From IMG/VR virus record IMGVR_UViG_3300046170_000289: 64,000 nucleotides of DNA, one strand, 5' to 3'. This DNA is from a virus. The translations under genes and the position numbers were made by a program. The first letter of the stretch is position 1; each line of letters begins with the position of its first letter. Positions 9,158-18,653 of the stretch are shown piece after piece. A model generated the notes under the pieces. The model worked only from the letters and a program-made list of their open reading frames with translations, had not been told where the DNA came from and ran no database searches.

Positions 9158-12100
9158 TACTTAGTGAGAAGTGGCGATGGTGAGGTATACACTGCGCTTG
9201 TGCTACCTCTTGTATTTATCTGCTGTGTAACCTTTTGCACAACTAATTTCTCCATGACAACAGGGACAATGTTTGCTTCCTCATCACGCTGTGCTTTATC
9301 TGCGATTGCTCTGAGATCTTGGACAGCTTTATCTCTGACATTTCCCAGTGGTTTGATTTTAGATGAATCAATGTTTGCAGGAGTTTCACTCACGGTGGGA
9401 CCCGTGGCATCAACTGCAGAAGTATCTGCAGGATCCGTTGGTGTTGCTGAGACGTTGGTGCTGATCTTTGTCAAGGCAGATGTTAAACCTGTCTTGAATG
9501 CCTCCATCATCTCTTCGAGAGTCTTGGGTTTTTCAGGTTTGGCATCATCTCCACCGTCACCACCGCCATTACTGCTGCTTAGGGATGTAATTTGACCCTC
9601 AGACGTTGTGGTGGATATATCAGATCCATCACCAAACTTAGTAGATGGTTTGATAGATCTAGGTGCTTTCCACATCCAGACATCACCATCAGGCAACTGA
9701 TTCTGGAAGAGATTCTTGTCCATGAAGTAATACTTACCAGGACCATTTTTCTTATCACCAGCACTGTTAGTTTTCTTCCAAGCGCCTCCCATGTTTAGTT
9801 GTCCAAATGGATCATGAACCACGAATCCATTATTTTTGTAACCAACGACCATACCCCAGTGTCCAGATCCCTTGTATTTGAATCCAACTGGGACAGGATA
9901 CCCTGCTTTTATCTCTGAGCGAAGATCTTCCCAACTCTGACCAGTTTGCAATACAGAATCAATACCAAAGTCTGCAAGTGCTTTCTTCTGAGGATATGCC
10001 AGAGTGGAAATACCATACTGACTACGGACTTTGTTATATTCCTCAGCAGATAACGATTTACCAGTGAGTTGTGATGTCCACATTGCCATTGTGGTTGAAT
10101 AGCACTGTGTATCACCAGGGCGACCATATTTGTCTGATTTGTTTGCTCTCTGGTTAAGATAAGGCACATCTTTGATGATCTTACCACCCTCAGCAGCAAA
10201 CTGAATACCAGCACGCTTACTGCTGCCAGATTCCATCACACCTGCTTCATCGTTACGACGCCAGTCATTCATGCCGCCGTTATGCTTAGCAAGCTTATTA
10301 CGATATGCAGCAATAACTGGACCGTAATCACCACTCTTCAGTGCCTGTTGCACAGTGCCTTTGATACCAGCACCATCTAAAGATCCATAGTTAAAGACTA
10401 CAGACTCAAGACCAGCTTTTACTTTATTAGGTGCCTTGTTATAGTCACCACCAACCTCATCGACGAGGCGTTGACGGTGCTCAATAATATGCTTAGATTT
10501 GATCCAATATGCTTCCTCTTCGGTGATCGTGTCACCTCTCTTGACTTTACCCGACTTACGGAATCCAGATGGATAATAAGTTGCACCAATACCAATGGTA
10601 GGGATTTCCCAACCATAGTTAGCATCGGCATATGCCTCTGTCCTCAATCCCTCATAGCTACCTAGAAGTGCTGCAAACTTCTCATCAAATCCACCAGGAA
10701 TGTTTTTAACTGGAGTGGTGCTACCAGGACCATTATTGGTGCTTGCTGAAGACCCCATCTGATTCCCAGACTGAGATCTTTGCTTCTCTATCTCTGCTGC
10801 CTTTGCAGGATCAAAGATCTTGATACCACTGATGAGGAGTTTATTCAGTCCATTATGGATGGCATCGAAGATATTCTCCTTATAAGTGAAATTCTTAACT
10901 GCCTCGACCTTTTTCTGCTCAGTCTGAGTTGCTTGGAATTGTACGCTATTACTTACACCACCAGCAGTGCCACCACCACCAGTGCTGACATTTACACCTA
11001 GTCCACTAGAGATCCTTTGGATGTCAGGTGCTAGGACAGATTTTACTTTGTTGCCAACGAATCCAAATGCACCAAATGATCCAACTATGGATTTAAGGTA
11101 GAGACCACCCACCATGCCTAGCATGTCGGGGTGACTACCAAACTGCATAGCACCACCCGCTGCCATCTCTACAGGACCGCCTGCTGCCTTCTTATTCTCT
11201 TTGTCAAAGTCAAACAGGTTGAATGTCAACGCATCAGCAATACCACCTGCCACAGAGGCAGGATTCATCAGACGCTTGGCATTATTGACGACAAACTGGA
11301 CAGTGCCCTTGATAGCATCCATCATGCCACCAAAGATAAACCCAATGAAGTCACCAAGGATCTTGGCAGCATCCATCAGGACTTTGCCGAGTCCTCCTAT
11401 GAGACCAAATATCAACCCTAAGGGCTCAGAGAGCTGCTGGAATAGAGGTCCGATGGTCATCTTGACCACCTCAAACATCATCTTAAATGCTCGACCGATA
11501 GGACCAAAGATAGGCTCCATGATCGGACCTAACTCTTTACCTACCCACTCACCTAAGAAACTACCGATCGCATTACCAACGATAGGTGCAAAGGGTCCTA
11601 GGAATGGTCCTAAGAGTGCTGTGCCAGCGATACCGCCAACTAAACCACCAACACCCTGACCGACACCAGCACCAATAGCAGAGGATGCCTTCTCACCGCT
11701 TGCAAGACCTGCTGCGATCCTTCCAGCGCCACCTACGACGCTCATGCCGACGTTTAACTTACCGCCGAGCTTACCAAATGCTTTGTTAGCACCAGCACCA
11801 AATCTCTTGCGTGCTGCAGATGCTTTACCTTTGAATTTAGAGAAACGACTTTCTTTGCCAAATCTATCCTCAAATGCTTTACCAGCACCAGGATTCTTGC
11901 GTTCTGCCTTTGCGGCAGACTTCTTCATCGCTTCGTATTCTTCTTTGGAGTAGATAACTCCAGTCTTCTTATCTCTAAACCCGCTCTTTCTTACCTTCTG
12001 GTTTTGATCCTGCTCTGCAGACTGCTGGTTAGACATCTGGAAGATCATTCTCAGACGATTAACGTCCTTCATCAACTTCCAAGGCATGATCATATACTGT

Positions 12101-12774
12101 GCAGTCCTTAGCACAGCAAGACCACCCATCAGTTGCACAACTCCGAGTATACCTCGGAATGCACGTCTGATCGGACCTTCTTCCTTAAAATTACCAATTA
12201 CATTAGTCAGTCCATCAAGGAGCAGACCAACCCCAAATTTAGTAACTTTGAATGCAAACTTACCTATGGTAAAGAGTATCTTGAATACCTTTACGGCACT
12301 CTCAGCATTCTTGGGGTTACTTAACCAGTTTAATGCTCCAAATATAATCATATATTTGAAGACTTTGAATAGACCATTGAAGAATCCACCAAGCATATTT
12401 AACTTGGGTTTCTGCTTCTCAACCGCCTTTCTACCTTCCTCTTTACCTTCCTCTACGCCCTTCTCTGCTTCATCTTCTAAGCGAGCACGTTTCTTCTTTC
12501 TGAAAGTGCGTCGGATATCCCGCATGGATGTAGTCCACTTGGTCTTATCCTTCTTTGATTTCTTCTTGATCTCCGTGACTTCTGTCTTAGAAGTGTCTGA
12601 AAGATACTCCTTTTCAAACTTTAGAAGCTCAGTCGTATCATAAAAACTCTTGGCAATGCCATCCGTCACGCTACCCATGCGATTGATGCTTTTACGCACC
12701 TGATCCATGTTTTTAGCGATACCTGACTTACCAGTTATCGGTTGAATTTTTACGAAACTACGGATTGCTGCCAT
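9157..12774 (-). CDS. tape-measure-like protein with lysozyme and C39-like peptidase domains (1205 aa)
   Basis: Glycine zipper; YEGLRTEAYAD..IPTIGIGATY (phage lysozyme); VPYLNQR..QCYSTTMAM..GHWGMVVGY..VHDPFG (C39-like C/H/D). Confidence 0.75.
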   Translation of the reverse strand: MAAIRSFVKIQPITGKSGIAKNMDQVRKSINRMGSVTDGIAKSFYDTTELLKFEKEYLSDTSKTEVTEIKKKSKKDKTKWTTSMRDIRRTFRKKKRARLEDEAEKGVEEGKEEGRKAVEKQKPKLNMLGGFFNGLFKVFKYMIIFGALNWLSNPKNAESAVKVFKILFTIGKFAFKVTKFGVGLLLDGLTNVIGNFKEEGPIRRAFRGILGVVQLMGGLAVLRTAQYMIMPWKLMKDVNRLRMIFQMSNQQSAEQDQNQKVRKSGFRDKKTGVIYSKEEYEAMKKSAAKAERKNPGAGKAFEDRFGKESRFSKFKGKASAARKRFGAGANKAFGKLGGKLNVGMSVVGGAGRIAAGLASGEKASSAIGAGVGQGVGGLVGGIAGTALLGPFLGPFAPIVGNAIGSFLGEWVGKELGPIMEPIFGPIGRAFKMMFEVVKMTIGPLFQQLSEPLGLIFGLIGGLGKVLMDAAKILGDFIGFIFGGMMDAIKGTVQFVVNNAKRLMNPASVAGGIADALTFNLFDFDKENKKAAGGPVEMAAGGAMQFGSHPDMLGMVGGLYLKSIVGSFGAFGFVGNKVKSVLAPDIQRISSGLGVNVSTGGGGTAGGVSNSVQFQATQTEQKKVEAVKNFTYKENIFDAIHNGLNKLLISGIKIFDPAKAAEIEKQRSQSGNQMGSSASTNNGPGSTTPVKNIPGGFDEKFAALLGSYEGLRTEAYADANYGWEIPTIGIGATYYPSGFRKSGKVKRGDTITEEEAYWIKSKHIIEHRQRLVDEVGGDYNKAPNKVKAGLESVVFNYGSLDGAGIKGTVQQALKSGDYGPVIAAYRNKLAKHNGGMNDWRRNDEAGVMESGSSKRAGIQFAAEGGKIIKDVPYLNQRANKSDKYGRPGDTQCYSTTMAMWTSQLTGKSLSAEEYNKVRSQYGISTLAYPQKKALADFGIDSVLQTGQSWEDLRSEIKAGYPVPVGFKYKGSGHWGMVVGYKNNGFVVHDPFGQLNMGGAWKKTNSAGDKKNGPGKYYFMDKNLFQNQLPDGDVWMWKAPRSIKPSTKFGDGSDISTTTSEGQITSLSSSNGGGDGGDDAKPEKPKTLEEMMEAFKTGLTSALTKISTNVSATPTDPADTSAVDATGPTVSETPANIDSSKIKPLGNVRDKAVQDLRAIADKAQRDEEANIVPVVMEKLVVQKVTQQINTRGSTSAVYTSPSPLLTK

Positions 12775-12971
12775 TAGAGGGCCATGCGTGACTGATCTTG
12801 GTTTTGCCTTCTTTCTTCCTCAGCAATGTGTGCGAGGAGAAGATTCACATATACATCACGTTCCCACGGTATCATATTCTCTAACTCGGTCAGTGAATAT
12901 TTGTGGTGCTGCATCAAAGCAAAGTTTGTTTTATAGTAGTTTTCAAGACTATCGTGCAGTAGGGCTATGCG
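12774..12971 (-). CDS. gp51: gp51 baseplate hub assembly protein, probably reached by -1 frameshift from gp26 (not in ORF track)
   Basis: Frame reads RIALLHDSLENYYKTNFALMQHHKYSLTELENMIPWERDVYVNLLLAHIAEEERRQNQDQSRMAL*; first ATG only at 12914; TAA overlaps next ATG. Confidence 0.8.
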   Translation of the reverse strand, partial: RIALLHDSLENYYKTNFALMQHHKYSLTELENMIPWERDVYVNLLLAHIAEEERRQNQDQSRMAL

Positions 12972-13669
12972 AAAAAACTTGCAAGTCCTTCAAGCACAAC
13001 ATCAGATACGACTTTAGTGTTGGGGTTAACAACTTCAAGTGTGTATGATAGTTTGGGCATAGTCTCAAAGAATTTTTGGACTTTAGCAAACTGCTCGGAA
13101 TTCAAGTCTTCCAAGAATTCAAGTGCTTCTTTCTTAGTGAAGTTGTCATAGACTTCTTCCTTATCGTAAACACTTTCAATACACCCTGCTGCCAACTCGA
13201 AGATATCCTCGATATTGGGATCATCCGACATATTTTGACTGATGAATACATCAATCGACGGATACTTCATAACGATACCTACATTGTCATCAAGAAGCAT
13301 TTTCTTCTCATGATCTGCAGGAATAACAACCTCAACTTCATTCAGAGGGACCATCACTTCGACTTGGGTCTCATTATCATCAGGGCAGGTGATCTTGAAT
13401 TCACTTGCTTCACCGACAGCAGTAGCACGGATGCGAAGGAAGATATATTCGATCTCGAAGGTTGCGAGATCTTCAACCTTACCTTTCAGGTTGGTGCAGT
13501 TTCTGATGATGGTCTTAACTGCTTTGATCATCTGCTTGTCGTCTTGCGACTCCATAGCGAGATACAGCAGTTTTTCCTCCTTAACGAGGAAAGGTCTATA
13601 TGTGATTTTCGTGCCAGTGATAGGCAGCGTCAAATCATACTCGGGGATAGCGAGCTTAGGTAAAGGCAT
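12965..13669 (-). CDS. gp26: baseplate hub subunit gp26
   Basis: MPLPKL..YRPFLVKEEKLL..FEIEYIFLRIRATAVGE..CPDD..KFFETMPKL..LEGLASFFA. Confidence 0.9.
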   Translation of the reverse strand: MPLPKLAIPEYDLTLPITGTKITYRPFLVKEEKLLYLAMESQDDKQMIKAVKTIIRNCTNLKGKVEDLATFEIEYIFLRIRATAVGEASEFKITCPDDNETQVEVMVPLNEVEVVIPADHEKKMLLDDNVGIVMKYPSIDVFISQNMSDDPNIEDIFELAAGCIESVYDKEEVYDNFTKKEALEFLEDLNSEQFAKVQKFFETMPKLSYTLEVVNPNTKVVSDVVLEGLASFFA

Positions 13670-13694
13670 AATGCTCCATAACTATTAAATTTAT

Positions 13695-14447
13695 TTAGGT
13701 GCCAAAGAAGGATGAATCTATTTGATCGGCAGAGAATCCTAAGCGAGCAAATATCTCATCAAAGTTACGAATAACTTTATCATTGACTTCAGGTTTGAAT
13801 GATAACACGTCCTCTGCAACTGTATCAAATCTGAATCTCTCATATTTGAAGTCAACATCAATCTTCAATAGATCTGCTGGACCATTGTTGAGAGACATTG
13901 CTGAGATGTCGAAGGGATATGCACCATACATTTGCCAGACTGCAGTGGATCTATTCATCCTCTGCTCAAACTGGACTGGTCTTCCAGCACCATTATTAGC
14001 AGTGCCTTTATATACAACGTTAGCAGCATTCTCCCACTTCAGGATCTGAATGGATGACGTGTATTCATCGTAAAATGTAACTCTATTTTCAGCATCATTA
14101 GCAGTCATATTCATCCAATTCTCAAAGAATTGACGATGATACATGTCCTTTGTCATGATGAATGACATTCGGACTTCTTGCTTCTGCTGACCATATGCAT
14201 AGTCATATGGCATACCAACAGTCTTGACTGATTGTGTCTTAATCCTTCTAGCAGGGATAGTTACACTGTCAGCGAAGTAGTTGATAGACTCATAATGCTC
14301 CTTATAGGAAGGCTGTATCCTCTGAGCATACAACATCGGGGGGAGAGTGATCTCAACCGAAAATAGATTCGACTTTGCAATATCCTTCTCACCACTGCTG
14401 ACCAGATCAGCAAATCGGAGAAAACTATTGGGATTTCTGTAACTCAT
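13695..14447 (-). CDS. gp54: tail tube initiator gp54 / gp19-like protein
   Basis: AKSNLFSVEI..ADSVTIPARRI..FENWMN..FYDEY..GAYPFDISAMSL..VDFKYE; position between gp2 and gp26. Confidence 0.7.
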   Translation of the reverse strand: MSYRNPNSFLRFADLVSSGEKDIAKSNLFSVEITLPPMLYAQRIQPSYKEHYESINYFADSVTIPARRIKTQSVKTVGMPYDYAYGQQKQEVRMSFIMTKDMYHRQFFENWMNMTANDAENRVTFYDEYTSSIQILKWENAANVVYKGTANNGAGRPVQFEQRMNRSTAVWQMYGAYPFDISAMSLNNGPADLLKIDVDFKYERFRFDTVAEDVLSFKPEVNDKVIRNFDEIFARLGFSADQIDSSFFGT

Positions 14448-14917
14448 TAAACTCGACTCCAGATGTGACTGCTAGGGACTTCGATCCAGCGACCTGCTGC
14501 ATTAAATAAGAATTGCTCTATAGGCAATGGAGTCATATCCTGCAGATCAATCGGTTTAACAGTATAGACGTTGGTAGCATTTGACATAAAGTATTTATGA
14601 TGGCAACGGGCAGGATAAGCAGGACTACCCATAGACCACTGTGCAGCAATCGTCCTTCTTGCTGATGGTTGTAGATAATGCAAGTTACCACCTGAGAATT
14701 GCATGTTTGGTTTATCCAGATCGGATATCTGCACCATAGGGAATCTGTCATAAAATGACAGTTTCTCAGTTGCAGCAGAATACGCAAAGAAGATGATATC
14801 ACCAACTGCAAAGGTGCCTTCATAAGGCTCTAAACCAAATTGTAGTTGTGAGCGATACCACTCTTTGGATTGACTCTTACCTTCGGCAAGATCTTTGACA
14901 TCACTGAAGATGCTCAT
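14447..14917 (-). CDS. gp2: DNA end protector protein gp2
   Basis: SKEWYR, FFAYSAATEKLSFYDRFPMV, GGNLHYL motifs. Confidence 0.85.
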   Translation of the reverse strand: MSIFSDVKDLAEGKSQSKEWYRSQLQFGLEPYEGTFAVGDIIFFAYSAATEKLSFYDRFPMVQISDLDKPNMQFSGGNLHYLQPSARRTIAAQWSMGSPAYPARCHHKYFMSNATNVYTVKPIDLQDMTPLPIEQFLFNAAGRWIEVPSSHIWSRV

Positions 14918-15348
14918 ACGTTTAACTCTGTTTCTGTGAGAATTAGGAATTCCATACGACGATCCTTACAGTATTCTCTTGCTGCCTTCCACTTTGCTTG
15001 GTTGACACCGTAAGTTTTCACTTCAGTTATGTATCTTTTAGTCTGCCTCTTTGGGCGCTTCGGGGGCGAGCACTGTATCTTCGGTTTAACCTCGATAATG
15101 AACTTCTGAGTCCCTCCGTTTCTAGTTCTTGCTCTGACGTAGAAGTCGGGAAAATAGCGGTGAATCCGACTGTCAACAGGACTGATGTATGGAATAACGA
15201 TCTCTTCACTGCCCCACTCCAATACGTTTACATTTTTATCACACCAGACCATAAACTTTCTTTCCCACAAACTCCTATAAATAATATTGGTGGGATCACC
15301 CTTATACTTATGTCTATTTGATGGTCTGAATTTGCCCGAATAACTCAT
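14914..15348 (-). CDS. gp4: head completion nuclease gp4
   Basis: MSYSGKFRPSNRHKYKGDPTNIIYRSLWERKFMVWCD..HRYFPDFY..IEVKP..NQAKWKAA; start placed at 15348. Confidence 0.92.
   Translation of the reverse strand: MSYSGKFRPSNRHKYKGDPTNIIYRSLWERKFMVWCDKNVNVLEWGSEEIVIPYISPVDSRIHRYFPDFYVRARTRNGGTQKFIIEVKPKIQCSPPKRPKRQTKRYITEVKTYGVNQAKWKAAREYCKDRRMEFLILTETELNV
15276..15283 (+). promoter_or_regulatory. T4-type late promoter for gp48
   Basis: Exact TATAAATA inside gp4, 64 nt upstream of the gp48 ATG. Confidence 0.7.
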
Positions 15349-16258
15349 GTCAGAAACCTTAGTATTTCCAAGGGTCAAACCGTTAGGGACCAGCGGTAGC
15401 ACCAGAGCGTCTATCAGAGATAAAGCTGCTTTCCCAACGGAAGTCATAGACTACCTTAAGTTAAATATTTATAAACACCAAAAGAGAGGTGATAAAGGAA
15501 GTGGTGGAATTCAAAAATCCCTCTACCTATATCTTCCTCCTGGTTTGAATGAGAGATATTCTGCCAAGTATGAAGGTAAAAACCTTGGTGCAGTTGGTAA
15601 TGCAGTACTTGATGCTGCTGCTGACGTGGTTGGTAGTGGTGGATCTCTTGACAATATTGGTAAAAATGTTTCAGCAGCGGCAGCTGCAGCAAAACCTGCT
15701 CTAGGATTTAAGATTGGTGCTGCAGCCATCAACACGACGGTGGGTGAAGTGTCACCTTATGGGTTTAACATTGATTCTAACGACCTTTCCCAAATAACGC
15801 AAGGTAAAGTATTCAACCCTTATGAAGAGATGCTCTTCAAAGGTGTTGGGTTTATCTCTCATAGTTTTAAGTTTACCTTTGTGCCTAAGAGTGCTGCTGA
15901 TGTGCAGACAATCTATGAGATCATTAGTTCTCTTAGACAGTCAATGCACCCTGCAAAAGAAGGAAACGACTGGTTGCTCATCCCTGATAAGTTTAAGGCA
16001 GAAATTGTTAGATACGTTTCTAAGGATGATAGAGAAGAATTGGGTGAGGGTAATGCAGCAAAAGGATATATGAATACACTCATGCGATTCCCTCACAAGA
16101 TGGTGTTGCAAGACATGAGTGTTGACTTTGGTGATTCAACTGCAATTCGCACCCAGATTCCTGGCATGGAATCAAAGGATTTCGGTTTCGCTGTCTATAA
16201 CATGACTCTTACTTTCCAAGAAACCAAATACCGCACACGCGAAAACTTTGAAGACTAA
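15347..16258 (+). CDS. gp48: baseplate tail tube cap gp48
   Basis: SLYLYLPPGLNERYSAKY..VFNPYEEMLFKGVGFISHSFKFTFVPKS..LTFQETK. Confidence 0.85.
   Translation: MSETLVFPRVKPLGTSGSTRASIRDKAAFPTEVIDYLKLNIYKHQKRGDKGSGGIQKSLYLYLPPGLNERYSAKYEGKNLGAVGNAVLDAAADVVGSGGSLDNIGKNVSAAAAAAKPALGFKIGAAAINTTVGEVSPYGFNIDSNDLSQITQGKVFNPYEEMLFKGVGFISHSFKFTFVPKSAADVQTIYEIISSLRQSMHPAKEGNDWLLIPDKFKAEIVRYVSKDDREELGEGNAAKGYMNTLMRFPHKMVLQDMSVDFGDSTAIRTQIPGMESKDFGFAVYNMTLTFQETKYRTRENFED
15466..15473 (-). promoter_or_regulatory. T4-type late promoter for gp4-gp2 operon
   Basis: Exact TATAAATA on minus strand inside gp48. Confidence 0.7.
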
Positions 16259-17217
16259 TGGCAAATTATTTCTCCTACTTACCAGATGTATTCGTAAGGA
16301 CATCAAGTTATCGCACAGGTAGCAATGATCCTTACGTTAGAGCGAAGAATCTCTTTCGTCGTATTAAGATCAGAGATGATCTGAGTGATGTGATTCTTGG
16401 ATTTGAAAAATACATTATTCAACATAATGAAAGACCTGAGCAGATTGCTGACAGGGTATATGGTGATGTTGACTATGATTGGGTTGTGCTCCTCACTAAT
16501 AACATCATCAACATCTATGATGAATGGCCTATGAGTGAGCAGGAGATGTATCAGCACATGGTCCGTAAGTATGGTGTTGCTCATGTAGAGAGTGTCCACC
16601 ACTGGGTGACACAAGAAATTAAAAGCACAAGGGGTGATGTAGTCCTTAGAGATGGATTTGAGGTCCCAGAGGACTTCCAATACCAGAGACCTGATGGCAC
16701 AGTTATCCCTAGAGAAGAGTTAATTAGACCCGTCTCCAATTATGACTATGAAACTCAATTGAATGACTATAAGAGAGGTATACACATCCTTAAACCTCAA
16801 TATATCGATGCATTCGTTGAAGAATTTGAGAAACTGGTTGAATACCTTCCTTCTAATGAAGTTGATGCTGCTACAGGCATTAAGAAGACTTCTAACGTTG
16901 TTGCAGAAGCATTTACCAACGTCAAACCCACATACGAGACTCTTGTGGGAAGAACATCGTCTATCGACTTCTCCTCTTCAGCAGAATACACCTCCAGAAA
17001 CTTTGGATCTTCTGATCCTACTATCTCTGAAGGTGATGTGCTTGCTGATGGTAGCACCGTTGCAGTTACTGTCTCTACTGGCACTAATAGTGCTACTATT
17101 GAGCAGGCAGGACAGATGGATACAACTGAAACTAACCAATATGGATCTGCTGGATCTTCTAGTGGTCAGACATCAGGATCCTCAGGATCGTCCTACAGCG
17201 GTGGTGGTGGATATTAA
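16258..17217 (+). CDS. gp53: baseplate wedge protein gp53 with S/T/G-rich tail
   Basis: MANYFSYLPDV..KNLFRRIKIR..ERPEQIADRVYGDVDYDWVVLLTNNIINIYDEWP. Confidence 0.88.
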   Translation: MANYFSYLPDVFVRTSSYRTGSNDPYVRAKNLFRRIKIRDDLSDVILGFEKYIIQHNERPEQIADRVYGDVDYDWVVLLTNNIINIYDEWPMSEQEMYQHMVRKYGVAHVESVHHWVTQEIKSTRGDVVLRDGFEVPEDFQYQRPDGTVIPREELIRPVSNYDYETQLNDYKRGIHILKPQYIDAFVEEFEKLVEYLPSNEVDAATGIKKTSNVVAEAFTNVKPTYETLVGRTSSIDFSSSAEYTSRNFGSSDPTISEGDVLADGSTVAVTVSTGTNSATIEQAGQMDTTETNQYGSAGSSSGQTSGSSGSSYSGGGGY

Positions 17218-17459
17218 ATAAGTCCTCTGTCTTTTGCTACATGTAGCAATTCTTTCAAATTACCCACATGTTGCGCTCCAAGTGCAATTTGTGGGTATTC
17301 TGCTTTTGGTCCAAATTCGTTTTCAAACGCTCTTTGGTCAAAATGCTGATCTAGGCGATATTCGAGATATTCGCCATCTAGTGCTTTTAGCAGTTGTGCT
17401 GCTCTTTCACATTCAAGGCTTCCATTAGAATAGATTACGGCGGTCTGAGGTACTACCAT
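17214..17459 (-). CDS. glutaredoxin-fold protein
   Basis: IYSNGSLECERAAQLL..AEYPQIALGAQHVGNLKE; only one Cys. Confidence 0.65.
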   Translation of the reverse strand: MVVPQTAVIYSNGSLECERAAQLLKALDGEYLEYRLDQHFDQRAFENEFGPKAEYPQIALGAQHVGNLKELLHVAKDRGLI

Positions 17460-17607
17460 TACTTCTCCTTGTGATCGTAGGTAATTACTATCTTTTGATG
17501 CTGGGTCTTTCTATCAGTGCAGATATAGTGACTTACTTCGCCACCTAATATCCTGCATATATTATCTAGTTGCAATTCAAGTGCGAAACCTTTATCATTT
17601 TCAAATT

Positions 17608-17838
17608 TCATAGATCTAGCTCAAGTTGTAGTTTTGCCTCTTCTTCTATTCGGTGTTGCTCTGCCCACATCTCAGCAACCATATCTACTGCTGGTGGGGT
17701 CTTATAGTGCTCGGGTGGTTTTGACTTCCACTCGTCAATTGCTTCCTGTGTAGGAATAGAGATTCGGAAAGGAATATCATCCTCCACGAATTCCTTATTC
17801 ATATCAATATAAGTCTGTGGAGTGATCTTTTCACTCAT
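17608..17838 (-). CDS. hypothetical phage protein
   Basis: ORF coupled to upstream ORF by ATGA overlap. Confidence 0.55.
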   Translation of the reverse strand: MSEKITPQTYIDMNKEFVEDDIPFRISIPTQEAIDEWKSKPPEHYKTPPAVDMVAEMWAEQHRIEEEAKLQLELDL

Positions 17839-18149
17839 AGTGTCCTCTCTAAGCGATTGGTTGCTTGGTCTGGAAAGTCTCTTGGTCTGCTATCAGTGGC
17901 ATTGTCGGTTTTAGGAGATCCTTCATTTGCCTTCATAGTGTGCTGATAGTTGGGTCGTGGATATCTCATATAAAATGGATCAGGCATCCAATAGGTCACC
18001 TGCCATTCTTGCTCAGGACACAACTCAAGGTGTTTTTCTACACTATGGGAGAAACTACCAAGTTGGATATATCCATCGTGACTGATGCATCTGCCATCTC
18101 CTGCATCAACCAAAAACAGCATTTTACTACTCAATCTCGCTGCCTCCAA
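17835..18149 (-). CDS. hypothetical cyanophage protein
   Basis: EWQVTYWMPDPFYMRYPRPNYQHTMKANEGSPKTDNA. Confidence 0.65.
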   Translation of the reverse strand: MEAARLSSKMLFLVDAGDGRCISHDGYIQLGSFSHSVEKHLELCPEQEWQVTYWMPDPFYMRYPRPNYQHTMKANEGSPKTDNATDSRPRDFPDQATNRLERTL

Positions 18150-18445
18150 TCATCAGGTTTGTCTTGATGAAACCAATTCTTAATATCGTCTGCACTGTCA
18201 AACCCCGTTTTGTGGTTGGATGGGTCGGGGTCGCCTAATCCCATCCTATTCATAAAATCATCGATACTTCCTTCTTCAATGTCTTGGGAAGCTTGTCGTC
18301 GTGCTTGCTTTAACCAGTCTCGGGCAGTTGTATACTGTTTGGCAATTTTCTCTGCCCAGATCATGTCCTCTAGTTTTACTTCTTCCTTGTTAGCGATCTT
18401 CTTACAGATAAACTCTAGTCTAAGTCTGTATTGAGTGGATAACAT
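18131..18445 (-). CDS. hypothetical cyanophage protein
   Basis: MLSTQYRLRLEFICKKI..MGLGDPDPSNHKTGF..DDWRQRD; start placed at 18445. Confidence 0.7.
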   Translation of the reverse strand: MLSTQYRLRLEFICKKIANKEEVKLEDMIWAEKIAKQYTTARDWLKQARRQASQDIEEGSIDDFMNRMGLGDPDPSNHKTGFDSADDIKNWFHQDKPDDWRQRD

Positions 18446-18446
18446 G

Positions 18447-18653
18447 TTAGTCTCTAAAATCGAGTTTGAGTTCGAGGTCTTCCAGTCTATGGAATTCAGC
18501 GTGTGCTCTTTCTTGGCGTTCACAGACGATACCTAGGATATCCTTCATGATAGTGTCATTATCGACGTAATCGTCAATATACTTATCTAGTGCCTCCTTC
18601 AAATAGCGGTATCTGTGCCATTCTTGGGAATATGGTTTGTAGTGTGTTGTCAT
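18447..18653 (-). CDS. hypothetical phage protein
   Basis: MTTHYKPYSQEWHRYRYLKEALDKY. Confidence 0.65.
   Translation of the reverse strand: MTTHYKPYSQEWHRYRYLKEALDKYIDDYVDNDTIMKDILGIVCERQERAHAEFHRLEDLELKLDFRD

Noticed and set aside
15347-17217. Plus-strand island (gp48, gp53) as a possible inversion or mobile insert
   Set aside because: Core baseplate genes; opposite orientation of this pair is normal in T4-like cyanophages, and no flanking repeats were seen
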